Source of the DNA: Octopus sinensis
Lineage: Eukaryota
Length of the DNA stretch: 64,000 nucleotides
NCBI RefSeq assembly: GCF_006345805.1
Contig: NC_043014.1
Coordinates: 20,026,001-20,090,000, forward strand
Direction of reading: 5' to 3'
The notes beneath the pieces are model-generated. The model saw only the letters and a list, made by a program, of their open reading frames with translations, had not been told where the DNA came from and made no database searches. How positions within the stretch are numbered: position 1 is the stretch's first letter; every line of letters starts with the position of its first letter. Positions 1 through 12,361 of this stretch are shown here, piece after piece. Both the position numbers and the translations under genes were made by a program.

Positions 1-59
1 TGATGAAACCAAATTAGGCAGTGCAATAACTAGCACCTATTTCTACCTCAGCCAGAGGC

Positions 60-124
<65 letters not shown>
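60..124. repeat. (AAT)n microsatellite
   Basis: Perfect aat run, directly visible. Confidence 0.95.
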
Positions 125-126
<2 letters not shown>

Positions 127-181
127 GTTTCAAATTATTCCACAAGGGCAGCAATTTGGGGGAGGGGATAAGTCCATTACA

Positions 182-1424
182 CCCTAAGGCAGATATATAA
201 CATCTCTATCTGCAAAGAAAAGAGGGAGTCTGTGGACTTGTACAACTGGAATTAACAATAAGGATTTCCACAATTGGCCTATAGACACCTACCTGAAACA
301 CACTGATTACTGGATGTTAAAACTTGTCTCCAAGCATGCAAACAAGAAAGCATCATACTCACTAACAAAACAGGCAAAGGAATATCTAAGTGAATTCCAA
401 ATATTACAAATTCCAGAATTTGTCGTACTACAAACAAGCAAAGAGAAAGCTAAGCATATCAAAACCCGTGCTAAAACTGGCTCCTTAGATATTCTGACTG
501 ATAAATGGCAAGAAAGATCCTCTCAATGGCAAATATCCATAGAGAGCTAATAGTGCCGATGTTGACAAAGCCCTTATCTGTCAATGGTTAGTGGCTTCTG
601 GCTTAAAATCAGAAACACAAGGGTTTATCATAGCAGCCCAAGATCAATGTCTATCTACAAGAAACTACCAGGCCAACATATTAAAGAACAGCAACTGCCC
701 AACATGTCGTGTTTGTCAACAACAAAATGAAACCATTGATCACGTTGTCTTCAAGTGCAGTCTTCTTGCGCCTACAGAGTATATCAACCGGCATGATATA
801 TTCCCTGGGTAATTTGCCAAAACCTGGACATGCCCCATGATAAAAACTGATTGGGACACACCACCTCCAGTGCCTGAAAATGATCACATCTCACTCCTCC
901 GGAACTTCCCCATTCAAACTAACAGAAAGATAGATGCAAATACGGCAGACATTATATCGAAAGACTTCGGAGAAAAATCATGCCTCCTCTGTCCCAATCG
1001 ATATAAACGTATCTGTCAAGACCTACCAAAAACTGAGCAAGTATAAAGATTTTGAAATAGTAACTGGCAAAATATGGAACCTGAAGAATAAAAAAATTCC
1101 TGTTGTCATATGTACCCTAGAAAAGGGGCTGATTGCTACCTAGCTCAGATACCAGCAAACCCTAAAATGGCAGAAATTCAAAAGATAGCGTTCATAGGGC
1201 TACCCATATCCTACGAAAAATACTATCTATGTAATCTCAAGTTTTAAAACAAACTCAAAATGTTCATGTTTTATTTAAAATTCTCTAGAAAAATACTTTG
1301 TGCAAAACCAAATATATGACACCCTAGGCATAACACCAAAATGATCTTCTAACTTGTTGTCTCTTGAGGTGTCTGGGTGAGACTTGGAGCCAACTTGTAC
1401 AAATACAAATCAAAAATCAAACAT
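182..1424 (+). mobile_element. R4/Dong-like RLE non-LTR retrotransposon, subfamily A, 5'-truncated and frameshifted
   Basis: Remnants of PKADI.HLY..RKEG..GL (thumb), SGLKSETQGFIIAAQDQ, the CCHC knuckle CRVCQQQNETIDHVVFKC, a DII + KLSKYKD endonuclease region, ...RKILSM* and a 3'UTR matching the copy at 13798-14270. Confidence 0.85.
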
Positions 1425-1474
1425 GAGGATGATGATGATAAAGATTATAATAACATAATAATAATAACGACGAC

Positions 1475-1523
<49 letters not shown>

Positions 1524-1608
1524 GATGACGACGACGACGACGACGACGACGATGATGCTGATGATGATGATGATGCTGATGATAATGATGATGATAATGA
1601 TGATGATT
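1425..1608. repeat. (GAT)n/(GAC)n compound microsatellite at the 3' end of the subfamily A copy
   Basis: Directly visible. Confidence 0.9.
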
Positions 1609-3049
1609 TCATCTCAATGCGAAGGTTCTTTCATAGGTCCATACTAACAATGTCATGTGAATGACTTCCTTCGACGGGAACTATATATATTCCGACAACG
1701 TCTTCCTTGTAAATCGTTTTTACAATTTGCTACCATATATTATCGATTGCAGTAACCTGTCTAAGAGATGAAGCAAAGGAATACAAAATTCAGGCTGCAA
1801 GTTTATCTCTCATAAAATCAAGCTCTTTATGTTACGTAAATAGCTCTATACTGGTCGTATAGAACCTTTATGGATCATACGGCAGAGCGAGTTTAACACT
1901 AATATTTGTTAGAGCAGCAACTTAAACAGTAATTTTGTCGCATGTCAGTGTGTATGAATATGTGTTAATGTGTGTGTTCGTGTATTTCTATTGCTGTTGT
2001 TGTTGATTGAGCAGATCTTTGATCAAAAGTGTTACATCTTTAACAATTCCTATTCAAGTATAAATAGCTACGAATATGTAATCCAATGTGTGCGTTTCCT
2101 GTGTTTAAGGCGGAAGGTCGTAATTTAAGGGAAATTTAAAGCAATATCCAAGAGGCCATATAGCTACATAAAGGCTCTTTCATTACTTCAAATATTATTT
2201 TTATGTTAAGTTGTACACGTGTGCTAATGTCTTGCAGAGTAAATATTTACTAACTACACGGGGTTCAGCTAACATTTCAACGAAGATATAGTTTTTTTAA
2301 ATAATTAGTAAAGAGTGAAGTTATTATGTTTAACATTACAAAGAGTTCGTATTTTATGACATCTGGGAGATCGATGCATATTCTCGCACGAGTTATAAGT
2401 TTTCTGTACCAATGCCATCTGGCATATACAAACGCACATGAACAAAAATGTATCATGCAAACGTCTACGTTGTAGAATAAGGCGCTTCAGAATATCTCTA
2501 CAATTCTTAAAGATGAATTTTTCTATTGCAGCTCTCATAAATCATATTTCAAAACCTTCATCAATATTCTGTATTTTCTCTTCTTTGCAGGCTTGGCATC
2601 GCTTGGCAGCGCCGGTGATGTAGCATGTAGAAAATTCTGCATTTGGCAATTCAGTAATTACATTTTTCAACGTATTGATCGAAAACTGATGTGTTTATAA
2701 CTGAACCTATAAAGTGCGCTTTGAAGTAAATAAAATAGTTTTTTTCGAAATAACGTTTATTTTTAAAGAATGTTCAGTTACGTATATATATATTCATAAC
2801 TAATTAGAATCAGTGAAAATATGTTGTGAATGAAAATATCACTATGATCCTATGACAAGGAAATATAACAAGGCAAATCCAAATAGTTCTAGTTTAAAAT
2901 TTAAGCATGTAGATCTCAAAGTATTACCATTAACCGATTATTTCATCAATATACATATATACAAGTACTATACACATACATTAACACACACAAACTCATA
3001 TATCTGTGTGTGTGTGGTGTGCGTAAATATAGACATATACACATACATA

Positions 3050-3087
3050 CTCATATCTATATATACAAAATATATATGATAAATATC

Positions 3088-3119
<32 letters not shown>

Positions 3120-3137
3120 ATGCGCAGTGGGGCTGTG

Positions 3138-3216
<79 letters not shown>

Positions 3217-3260
3217 TTATATGAATATATATATATGCATGTACATATATATAGATAGAT
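3050..3260. repeat. (TA)n/(TG)n compound microsatellite
   Basis: Directly visible. Confidence 0.9.
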
Positions 3261-3321
3261 AGATGAATAATGTACATGTAAATGGACTAAGCGGAGCAAG
3301 AGCATACACGAGGACGGAACG

Positions 3322-3365
3322 TGTCGCTGAAGCGGTCTCAGGTGTGGACGAAAGACTTCCGGACA
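3322..3365 (+). ncRNA. Degenerate minimal type I hammerhead-like motif
   Basis: tgtcg-CTGAAGC-ggtc tcaggtgtg gac-GAAA-gac-TTC-cggaca. The core has A9>C and stems I and II are imperfect. Confidence 0.3.
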
Positions 3366-3509
3366 ATGGACATGAGTTAGAATGAGAACAATAATAATAA
3401 ATGAGTGAAGAACGAATATATAATGTGTGTATGTAGCTGGCAAAAAAAAATGATAATAATAATAATGACCATACTGAAATACAACATATATATATATATA
3501 TATATATAT

Positions 3510-3840
3510 CGTGACATTTCGCTGGTTACGACGACGAGCGTTCCTGTTGATCCGATCAATGGAACAACCTGTTCGTGAAATTAACGTGCAAGTGACTGAG
3601 CACTCCACAGAATGTAGTTCTCAGGGAGATTCAGCGTGACACACAGTGTCCAGTTTGGCCTTATGAAATACAGATACAACGGAAACAGGAAGAAAAAATG
3701 AGAGACAGTTGTGGTGAAAACAGCGTGGAGCTTTAGATATTTTCGCTCAATAAATACTCGCAACCTCCAGTCTGGGAATCGAAACCGCGATCCTATGACT
3801 GTGAGTCCGCTGCCCTAACCAGTGGGCCATTGCGCCTCCA
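3510..3840 (-). mobile_element. tRNA-derived SINE, family 3 (head ggaggcgcaatggcccagtggttagggcagcggact)
   Basis: A-box-like tggcccactgg and B-box-like gtttcgattcc on the minus strand; body matches 9330-9625. Confidence 0.8.
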
Positions 3841-3883
3841 CACACACGCACACGCACATATTTTTTTTTTTTTTTTTTTTTTT

Positions 3884-3932
3884 TTACTTGTTTCAGTCAT
3901 TTTGACTGCGGCCATGCTGGAGCACCGCCTTT
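3884..3932 (-). mobile_element. 3' tail fragment of SINE family 2
   Basis: Reverse complement taaaggcggtgctccagcatggccgcagtcaaatgactgaaacaagtaaa matches the tails at 9170-9215 and 39055-39110. Confidence 0.75.
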
Positions 3933-4017
3933 ATGGATGAAGTTGCAGGTGTGGTCCTAATTATCATGATCATGATCATGATCATTATTATCGTTGTTGT
4001 TATTATTATTATTATTA

Positions 4018-4051
<34 letters not shown>

Positions 4052-4053
4052 TT

Positions 4054-4988
4054 CAGTAGTTTTATTTTTATAGCGTGCTTTCACTTCACTACCGAGCGCA
4101 GCTCTGTGTGCCTTGGTATGTGCTGTGATTTGTTGTGATGCTCTGATGGTTATTGTATGGAAAGTGTTCTGCGTAGGATGTGTGCAGTGCGTAGTAGTGC
4201 AATTTTCTGTATGTTATATGTGTTTGTAAGTCCTGGTGTTTTTTTTATGTATTCGTCTGAATATTTTTTTATCATGCCTAATGCCCTACTATGATAGGAT
4301 TGTTTCTGTTTTTAGGTTCCACATTCTAGTTACCTCTATTTCCAGGTCTTTGTATTTTGAGAGTTTCTCCTTTTTTTTAGAGACACGTTGTCATCTGCCG
4401 GTATTGATACATCAATTAGAAAGCATTTTTTTTCTTCATGATCTCTGACAACTATATCTGGTCTGTTGGCCTTAATTTCTCTATCTGTGTGTATCGGCAT
4501 ATCCCGGAGTATGGTTGCTTTCTCGTTTTCTGTGACCTTTTCTGGTGTGTGCCTATACCATCTTTTTTCTGTTGTTATTCCAATGTTGGCATAGCTTCCA
4601 ATGTATGTAGGTTTCCAACTCTGTCATGTCTATGAATATATTCCTTCTTAGCCAGGACTGGGCAGCTAGAGATAATATGATTTATTGTTTCTTGTCCATC
4701 TCCACATATTCTGCAGTTACTTGTAATATTTCTTTTCATTACATGTTTTTGGTAATTTCTGGTGGGGAGGCTTTGGTCTTGTGCTGCAATTAAAAATCCC
4801 TCTGTTTCTGCTTTGAGTCCTGAGCTTCTCAACCATTGCTGGGATTTTTCTTTGTCTATTTCTTTTGCGTTAGTGCAGTATTTACCATGAAGGGGCTTTT
4901 CTTGCCATCGTTTTATCATGGCTCGTGCTGTTCTATTTTTAGTTTGGATTTCATTTGTTTTATAGCTTTTGTTGTTTCTTCTTCATCA
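4054..4988 (-). mobile_element. R4/Dong-like subfamily B fragment (duplicated copy, frameshifted)
   Basis: RWQEKPLHGKY, SSGLKAETEGFLIAAQDQ, CRICGDGQETINHIISSC, RHDRV. Confidence 0.9.
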
Positions 4989-5007
4989 CATTATTATATT
5001 ATTATTA

Positions 5008-5307
5008 TTCCTTCGTAACACAGTTAGGTAAAAATGGACCGGAGTCTTTAGTCATCTGTCAAGTCACAAGGGCCTCAGACAGAATATACTTCCCTTAAGA
5101 TGTGCACTGTACCCAATAAGCTGCATTTGCAATACATCAATCTTGCATGGAATTTCTAGTTGCCTTAAGAAGTCTTGAACCCAACGCACTGATGACCACT
5201 GGTGTCAGTTTTGCATTACCCTCTTGCATTCTATGCAGTCTTGCCAGTACCACTTCCACTTCGAAGTGCTTGATTTTTTTCAACCTCTTTACTCACAACA
5301 TTCATAT
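5008..5307 (-). mobile_element. R4/Dong-like subfamily C 3' end (duplicated copy)
   Basis: Reverse complement of 6649-6950. Confidence 0.75.
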
Positions 5308-5978
5308 ATGGATGGAAGTATGCATTTATGCATGTATATATGTATTGTATGGATACATGCTGTCGAAGGCTCAGACTGTTTCTCGGCGGTCTACATAAAC
5401 TTGTATTATTTAAGACTCAACCGTCAAAATAACTCTTCACGGGTGTATTTAAGATTATTATTCGCTAAAACGTACGTCATTTGGGCAAACACATATTTGA
5501 ACTAAACTGCCGCTTATTCTATCGCTGATGTATGTATGGGTGTGAGTGTGTACATGTTTAATTTCCGATAAAAGTTTTATACATCTATTTTTTTCTAAAT
5601 ACTCACATTAGAAACTACTCTTTGTGAGTACTTTTATATATATGTAAAATTTTGTGCATGAAATTTATTTATGTGAGAATGTTTTTGTGCGTTTACCGTT
5701 GTAATGAGAAGAAACTGGATCAATTTTGAATCGATTCAAATTACACGGTGCATTGAAATGGAATCTAAAACGGTTGTAAATTCTTTGCTCAATGGTTGAT
5801 CTCATGTAAATGACAATTTCCATATAATTTGATTTTGATGCAGGTTGCTGAATGTGAGCAGCATGATAATTTGCAGTCTCCAAACAGCAGTCTTTCTTTA
5901 CATTTAACAGTAGGGCACTAACTTACACTTTAACATCAACAAAACCATACTTTTCAATCTTTCGCAATCCACTTTTAA

Positions 5979-6144
5979 ACTAGGCCCCACCTGCAAGGTC
6001 ATGCACTGTCTATCTTGATATGAGATCACCATGTCGCGCACATGTATTTGTGATGCATACGCCTGGTGTACACTTATCAGACGGGCAGTCATGATGGGTA
6101 TAGCAGGCTTCGTATATTTTTACCCCAGTGTCACTTTGATAGCA
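5979..6144 (+). mobile_element. Family D non-coding element, truncated copy
   Basis: ggccccacctgcaaggtcatgcactg...ccccagtgtcactttgat matches the other five copies. Confidence 0.8.
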
Positions 6145-6164
6145 GGTGCTTGAATAAGTATTCA

Positions 6165-6345
6165 AGATGTGGGCATGTAGGAAAAAACAATACCTATTTT
6201 AATTGGAGCATTGAGCATGATAAAAGTAAACATGAATAAAAGGTAGAAACTATAACTGGATCCTCAACACTACACAATGTCCAAAAAATAGCCCTGCTTG
6301 GAACTACCCCACAGCATACGCAAGACACACTCAATCCAATAATAC
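6165..6345 (+). mobile_element. Decayed R4/Dong-like C-terminal fragment
   Basis: Translates as KMW...TIPILIGALSMIK...VQKIALLGT, like the ends of subfamilies B and E. Confidence 0.65.
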
Positions 6346-6624
6346 AACCTAAACAAAACAACCCGCCAGCACAAGACGCAATTATCGCAATTATCCAGTG
6401 AAATAAACTTCCACCAACAATTTGTATAACCATTGCATTACACACACGCAACATACTAGACAAGCAGTAACACAACAAAAGCCTACACAACACCTAAGAA
6501 AAAATCTAACACACACCCAACAGCAGAAAAAAAACAAACAATGCTGCACACATCCTAGCAAAACGGATGCTGTAGAACTTTGCTTCAACCTAACAAATGT
6601 TGAACAGTTATACTATAATAATAA

Positions 6625-6950
6625 TCATTGATGTAGCCATACCAAATGATATGAATGTTGTGAGTAAAGAGGTTGAAAAAAATCAAGCACTTCGAAGTGG
6701 AAGTGGTACTGGCAAGACTGCATAGAATGCAAGAGGGTAATGCAAAACTGACACCAGTGGTCATCAGTGCGTTGGGTTCAAGACTTCTTAAGGCAACTAG
6801 AAATTCCATGCAAGATTGATGTATTGCAAAATGCAGCCTTATTGGGTACAGTGCACATCTTAAGGGAAGTATATTCTGTCTGAGGCCCTTGTGACTTGAC
6901 AGATGACTAAAGACTCCGGTCCATTTTTACCTAAACTGTGTTACGAAGGA
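6625..6950 (+). mobile_element. R4/Dong-like subfamily C 3' end
   Basis: IIDVAIPND.NVVSKEVEK...TPVVISALG...LQNAALLGTVHILREV*, followed by a short UTR and (aat)n. Confidence 0.75.
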
Positions 6951-6965
6951 ATAATAATAATAATA

Positions 6966-7903
6966 GATGATGAAGAAACAACAAAAGCTATAAAACAAAT
7001 GAAATCCAAACTAAAAATAGAACAGCAACGAGCCATGATAAAACGATGGCAAGAAAAGCCCCTTCATGGTAAATACTGCACTAAACGCAAAAGAAATAGA
7101 CAAAGAAAAATCCCAGCAATGGTTGAGAAGCTCAGGACTCAAAGCAGAAACAGAGGGATTTTTAATTGCAGCACAAGACCAAAGCCTCCCCACCAGAAAT
7201 TACCAAAAACATGTAATGAAAAGAAATATTACAAGTAACTGCAGAATATGTGGAGATGGACAAGAAACAATAAATCATATTATCTCTAGCTGCCCAGTCC
7301 TGGCTAAGAAGGAATATATTCACAGACATGACAGAGTTGGAACCTACATACATTGGAAGCTATGCCAACATTATGGAATAACAACAGAAAAAAGATGGTA
7401 TAGGCACACACCAGAAAAGGTCACAGAAAACGAGAAAGCAACCATACTCCGGGATATGCCGATACACACAGATAGAGAAATTAAGGCCAACAGACCAGAT
7501 ATAGTTGTCAGAGATCATGAAGAAAAAAAATGCTTTCTAATTGATGTATCAATACCGGCAGATGACAACGTGTCTCTAAAAAAAATGGAGAAACTCTCAA
7601 AATACAAAGACCTGGAAATAGAGGTAACTAGAATGTGGAACCTAAAAACAGAAACAATTCCTATCATAGTAGGTGCATTAGGCATGATAAAAAAATATTC
7701 AGACGAATACATAACAAAAACACCAGGACTTACAAACACATATAACATACAGAAAATTGCACTACTACGCACTGCACACATCCTACGCAGAACACTTTCC
7801 ATACAATAACCATCAGAGCATCACAACAAATCACAGCACATACCCAAGGCACACAGAGCTGCGCTCGGTAGTGAAGTGAAAGCACGCTATAAAAATAAAA
7901 CTA

Positions 7904-7906
<3 letters not shown>
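6966..7906 (+). mobile_element. R4/Dong-like subfamily B, 5'-truncated, flanked by (AAT)n on both sides
   Basis: CCHC knuckle, RHDRV, RPDIV, LIDVSIP and KYKDL; 3'UTR ends ctactg-aataataat. Confidence 0.92.
7066..7809 (+). CDS. Open 247-codon C-terminal fragment of the retrotransposon ORF (zinc knuckle plus PD-(D/E)xK restriction-like endonuclease); no RT domain
   Basis: CRICGDGQETINHIISSC; RHD; RPDIV...IDVSIP...EKLSKY. The start codon in the track is not a true start. Confidence 0.8.
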   Translation: MVNTALNAKEIDKEKSQQWLRSSGLKAETEGFLIAAQDQSLPTRNYQKHVMKRNITSNCRICGDGQETINHIISSCPVLAKKEYIHRHDRVGTYIHWKLCQHYGITTEKRWYRHTPEKVTENEKATILRDMPIHTDREIKANRPDIVVRDHEEKKCFLIDVSIPADDNVSLKKMEKLSKYKDLEIEVTRMWNLKTETIPIIVGALGMIKKYSDEYITKTPGLTNTYNIQKIALLRTAHILRRTLSIQ

Positions 7907-7968
<62 letters not shown>

Positions 7969-7975
7969 CAACGAT
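7907..7975. repeat. (AAT)n tail/target tract
   Basis: Directly visible. Confidence 0.95.
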
Positions 7976-8000
7976 AATAATGATCATGATCATGATCATG

Positions 8001-8188
8001 ATAATTAGGACCACACCTGCAAGTTCCTGCGCTATTTGTGTTGATATGTGATCACCATGTCGCGCACATATGGATGTGATGCATGTGCCTGGTCTACCCT
8101 TATCAGACGGGTAGTCATGATGGGTTATTGGGCTTCGTATATTTATACCCCATGTGTCACTTTCATGGCATACACTGTTCTCTCACTC
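8001..8188 (+). mobile_element. Family D element, 5'-truncated, ends ctctcactc-aataataat
   Basis: Matches the 3' third of 11504-12048 (reverse complement). Confidence 0.8.
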
Positions 8189-8231
8189 AATAATAATAAT
8201 AATAATAATGATGATGATGATAATGATGATA

Positions 8232-8410
8232 CTCAGGACCCCACCTGCAAGGTCATGCGCTGTTTATCTTGATATCAGATCGCTACGTCACGCACGCATG
8301 GATGTGATGCATGTACTTGGTGTACACTTATCAGACGGGTAGTCATGATGGGTTATAGGGCTTCGTATATTTATACCCCAGTGTCACTCTGATGGCATAC
8401 GTTGCTCTCT
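8232..8410 (+). mobile_element. Family D element, 5'-truncated
   Basis: Same 3' segment as the preceding copy. Confidence 0.8.
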
Positions 8411-8706
8411 GTCTCTCTCTGTCTCTCTCTGTCTCTCTTTCTCTCTTTCTCAATCAATCAATCAATCAATCAATAATAAAAATAACAATTATGATATTAT
8501 ATACTGCTTATTAATTAGGTATGTAACAATTACTAAAAGTACTATAAGAAAGCAATTATTAAAGGGTTGACCATCTGGAAATACTTATATAAATTTATGT
8601 TCTAAGAAATTTCCTATAATTTCGGATTCTGAAGCTTATTGAATTTTTTGGACTTCAATTTCTCGCAACTTTAAATATTCACTATGTCATGTTCATTACA
8701 AATTTA

Positions 8707-9215
<509 letters not shown>

Positions 9216-9329
9216 AAGAATTCTTTGCATTCATTGCGCAATATTCCATTTTCATTTCCTAAGACTCTCACTTTCTCTTTTAAGTTTTAATTCGCTATTA
9301 ATGTATACATAATGTAAAAATAGTATTGT

Positions 9330-9625
9330 GGAGGGGCAATGACCCAGTGGTAAGGACAACGGACACGCGGTCGTAGGATCGCGGTTTCGATTCTCTGACC
9401 GGGCGTTGTGAGTGTTCATTGAGCGAAAATACCTAAAGCTCCACGGGACTCCTGCAGGGGCGGTAGCGAACCCTGCTGTACTCTTTCATCACACATTTCT
9501 CCCACTCTTTCTTCCTGTTTCTGTTGTCCCTGTATTTCGAAGGATAGCCTTATCACACGAGCAGGCTATTCCGTTGATCGGATCAACTGGAACCCTCGCC
9601 GTCGTAACCGACGAAGTGTCACAAT
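9330..9625 (+). mobile_element. SINE family 3
   Basis: ggaggggcaatgacccagtggtaagg...gcggtttcgattctc head; tail gccgtcgtaaccgacg. Confidence 0.8.
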
Positions 9626-10905
9626 TTATTGAATGAACATTTTTTTAAATACCAAGATGATTTTTGAACGTGAGATAGCTATGAGAAGAGCCTAGAAAGT
9701 TGGGTAATTACTATTAGAAGATGGGGAAAAATAAACACAAAAGTACTCGAAGTTTGCACATTTTTCACAGTTTCTAAACGCAACTTCAAAAGCAACACAC
9801 ACACACCAATATACACTCGCGCACGCACATAGAGATACACACAAATAAAAGGCAATGAATGCGTGTGTGTGTATATGTATATATGCGTGTTTGAGTGTGT
9901 GCGCTGTCCACCGACAAAACCTCGTGCTGCATCGGTTTTGTGAAGTTTTGTAAATGAACCGGTCGCGGTTTCAAAGCGGAGAAAATATGTTGACACAAAT
10001 GAAGTCCTAATGTTGAAGTGAAACTAACGGCATTTATGTGCTCTTGAATGGCTTACACACATCCTCTGCGCTGCAATTGTTTTTGTTTCAACATACGATG
10101 TCAGATCAAGTCACTTGCTATGCAAGTACATTTCTGTAATTTTTTTTAATCACTGTGGGTAAATGCCAGCGATGACATTCTCAGGCTCTCCAATATTTTA
10201 ATTTCTAAGCAGAAACAATTGGGGATAGGGAGTGGGGTTGCAAAAATTCATAATTTCTCAATTTTTCTTTTTTATAGCATATAAAGGCATTTATGTGGGG
10301 AAATATTGAAAAAAAACCACCAATACATGCGAAAGTGATAAAGAATCAAGGAAGATTGTCTTTGAACGTGCTAGAAACAACAGCCAAATCGCCCTTAAAT
10401 CACTTTTTCCTCTGAAAATATTAACAATTCAAAAAATTATTTTTACTGAAAATGCTCTTCCTATGTTTTCGAAGTGCAAAACAACATTTGCCAAAATAGG
10501 TTGGGTGGAAAAAAAAGTTTTCAATATTTTTCAAACAGGGATGCCTCCCCCAACCCCATCATTTCGAAGGCTGTGGTTAAAAAATATGGAGAAAATCCCA
10601 GAAAAAAGTTTCCCCACAAGTTTCCTTATAATCGTTATCTATGCCTTTTCCATAAATCCCTATATACTCTGAAGCCACATCTAAGCGGTATTTATAGAAA
10701 ATTTTGTTAAGAAGTATCCATTTTTTAACAAGTCGGGGGCGTGTACATCTGTAGTAATGCCCTTTTAGTCATACGATCTTTTCATTTCATGTTTATTTCA
10801 TTCATTGTTTGCAATATTATCTGTCTTTACGTTCTGAGTTCAAATTCTGCCGAGGTCAACTTTGGCTTTCACCTGTCAGGGTCGATGAAATAACTTCCAG
10901 CTATT

Positions 10906-11442
10906 GAGTGAGAGAGCAGAGCATGCCATCGAAAGTGACACTGGTGTAAAATATACAAAGTCCAGTTTACCCATCATGACTAACCGTCTGATAAGAGTAC
11001 ATCAGGTACATGAATCCCGACCATATGTGCGCGACATGGTGATCTCTTATCGAGATAAACAGCGCATGACCTTGAAGGTGGGCCCAGCCAAAATTATCTT
11101 CAGGTTGAGTATCCTATCACACTCAAATGACCCTCGAACAAGGGTTGTTTAAAAATGTTGAACGAAACACCCCGATGTGAATTACTCAAACTTTTTTCAA
11201 CACATGGCTATGATGCTCCCATACTACTTCTGCTCGTGATCAGAGATGCACATATCGTTAGCCTCTAAGGGACATGCTCAACTGGTTATGGTCAAACAAC
11301 TGACAAGTAAATCTGTGGTATTGAGCAGAATATTTGCTGTAGCCCATATTTCATACATAGACATAACAATGTACATGGTAACATTTCCAATCAGTTAAGA
11401 TCAAAAACTATGAATGCCACCACCTTCTACGGCATCAGTGCA
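10906..11442 (-). mobile_element. Family D element, near full length
   Basis: Colinear with 11504-12048 over ~530 bp. Confidence 0.85.
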
Positions 11443-11503
<61 letters not shown>

Positions 11504-12048
11504 GAGTGAGAGAGCAGTTCATGCCATCAAAGTGACACTGGGGCAAAATATACGAAGCCCAATATACCCATCATGATAAGATGATAATATACCCGTCTGA
11601 TAAGAGTACACCAGGCACATGCATCACAACCATATGTGCGCGACATACTGATCTCATATCAAGATAAACAGCACATGACCTTGCAGGTGGTGCCCAGTTA
11701 GAATTTTCTTCAGGTTGAGTAGCCCATCCCTCTCAAAAGGTCCCTGAATAAGGGTTATTTAAGGATGTTGAAAGAACCACCCATGTTTCCATAGGTGAAT
11801 TATTCAAACCCCAAAGAATCCCTCTCAACACATTGCTATGATGCTCCTCCACTACTTCTGCTCGTGATCAGAGATGCACATATTGTCAGCCATCAAGGGA
11901 CATGTTCAACTGGTTAAGGTCAAATAACTGACAAGCAAATCTGCGGTATTGAGCAGAATATTTGCTGTAGCCCATCTTTTATACCAAGACAAAACAATGT
12001 ACATGATAACACTTCCAATCAGTTAAGATCAGAAGCCATGAGAGCCAC
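11504..12048 (-). mobile_element. Family D element, near full length, (ATT)n on both sides
   Basis: Bounded by 11443-11503 (att)n and 12049-12100 (att)n; no ORF. Confidence 0.85.
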
Positions 12049-12099
<51 letters not shown>

Positions 12100-12276
12100 C
12101 ATTCCATATATGCACAACTGATCAGACTGCTGGAAAAAAATCCTACTATCGCGTAACATGAAACTTTAGATGGAAGAACCTTCGTAAATGTCTTTGCAGT
12201 CCCTAATAATACTATTTTCTGGAGCTGACACTAAACTAGGCTTGCAAAGCCTATATTCTATATTATTAATATAATT

Positions 12277-12314
<38 letters not shown>

Positions 12315-12361
12315 ATCATCATCATCATCATCATCATCATCATCGTCATCATCATCATCAT

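Larger units (their letters stand above)
3943..5307 (-). repeat. Left arm of a ~1.37-kb inverted duplication (partner 6649-8022)
   Basis: Reverse complement matches 6649-8022 continuously, including (gatcat)n, the TAA tract and two retroelement fragments. Confidence 0.92.
6649..8022 (+). repeat. Right (donor) arm of the inverted duplication
   Basis: Elements continue seamlessly past both ends of this arm but are cut in the left arm. Confidence 0.9.

Noticed and set aside
2290-2750. Possible transposase tail or exon (acceptor ttctttgcag at 2590)
   Set aside because: No diagnostic motif or matching TIR pair was found.
9660-10740. Repeat-looking ~1-kb segment, possibly DNA-transposon internal sequence
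   Set aside because: There is no second copy, convincing TIR or coding motif in the window, so it cannot be supported.
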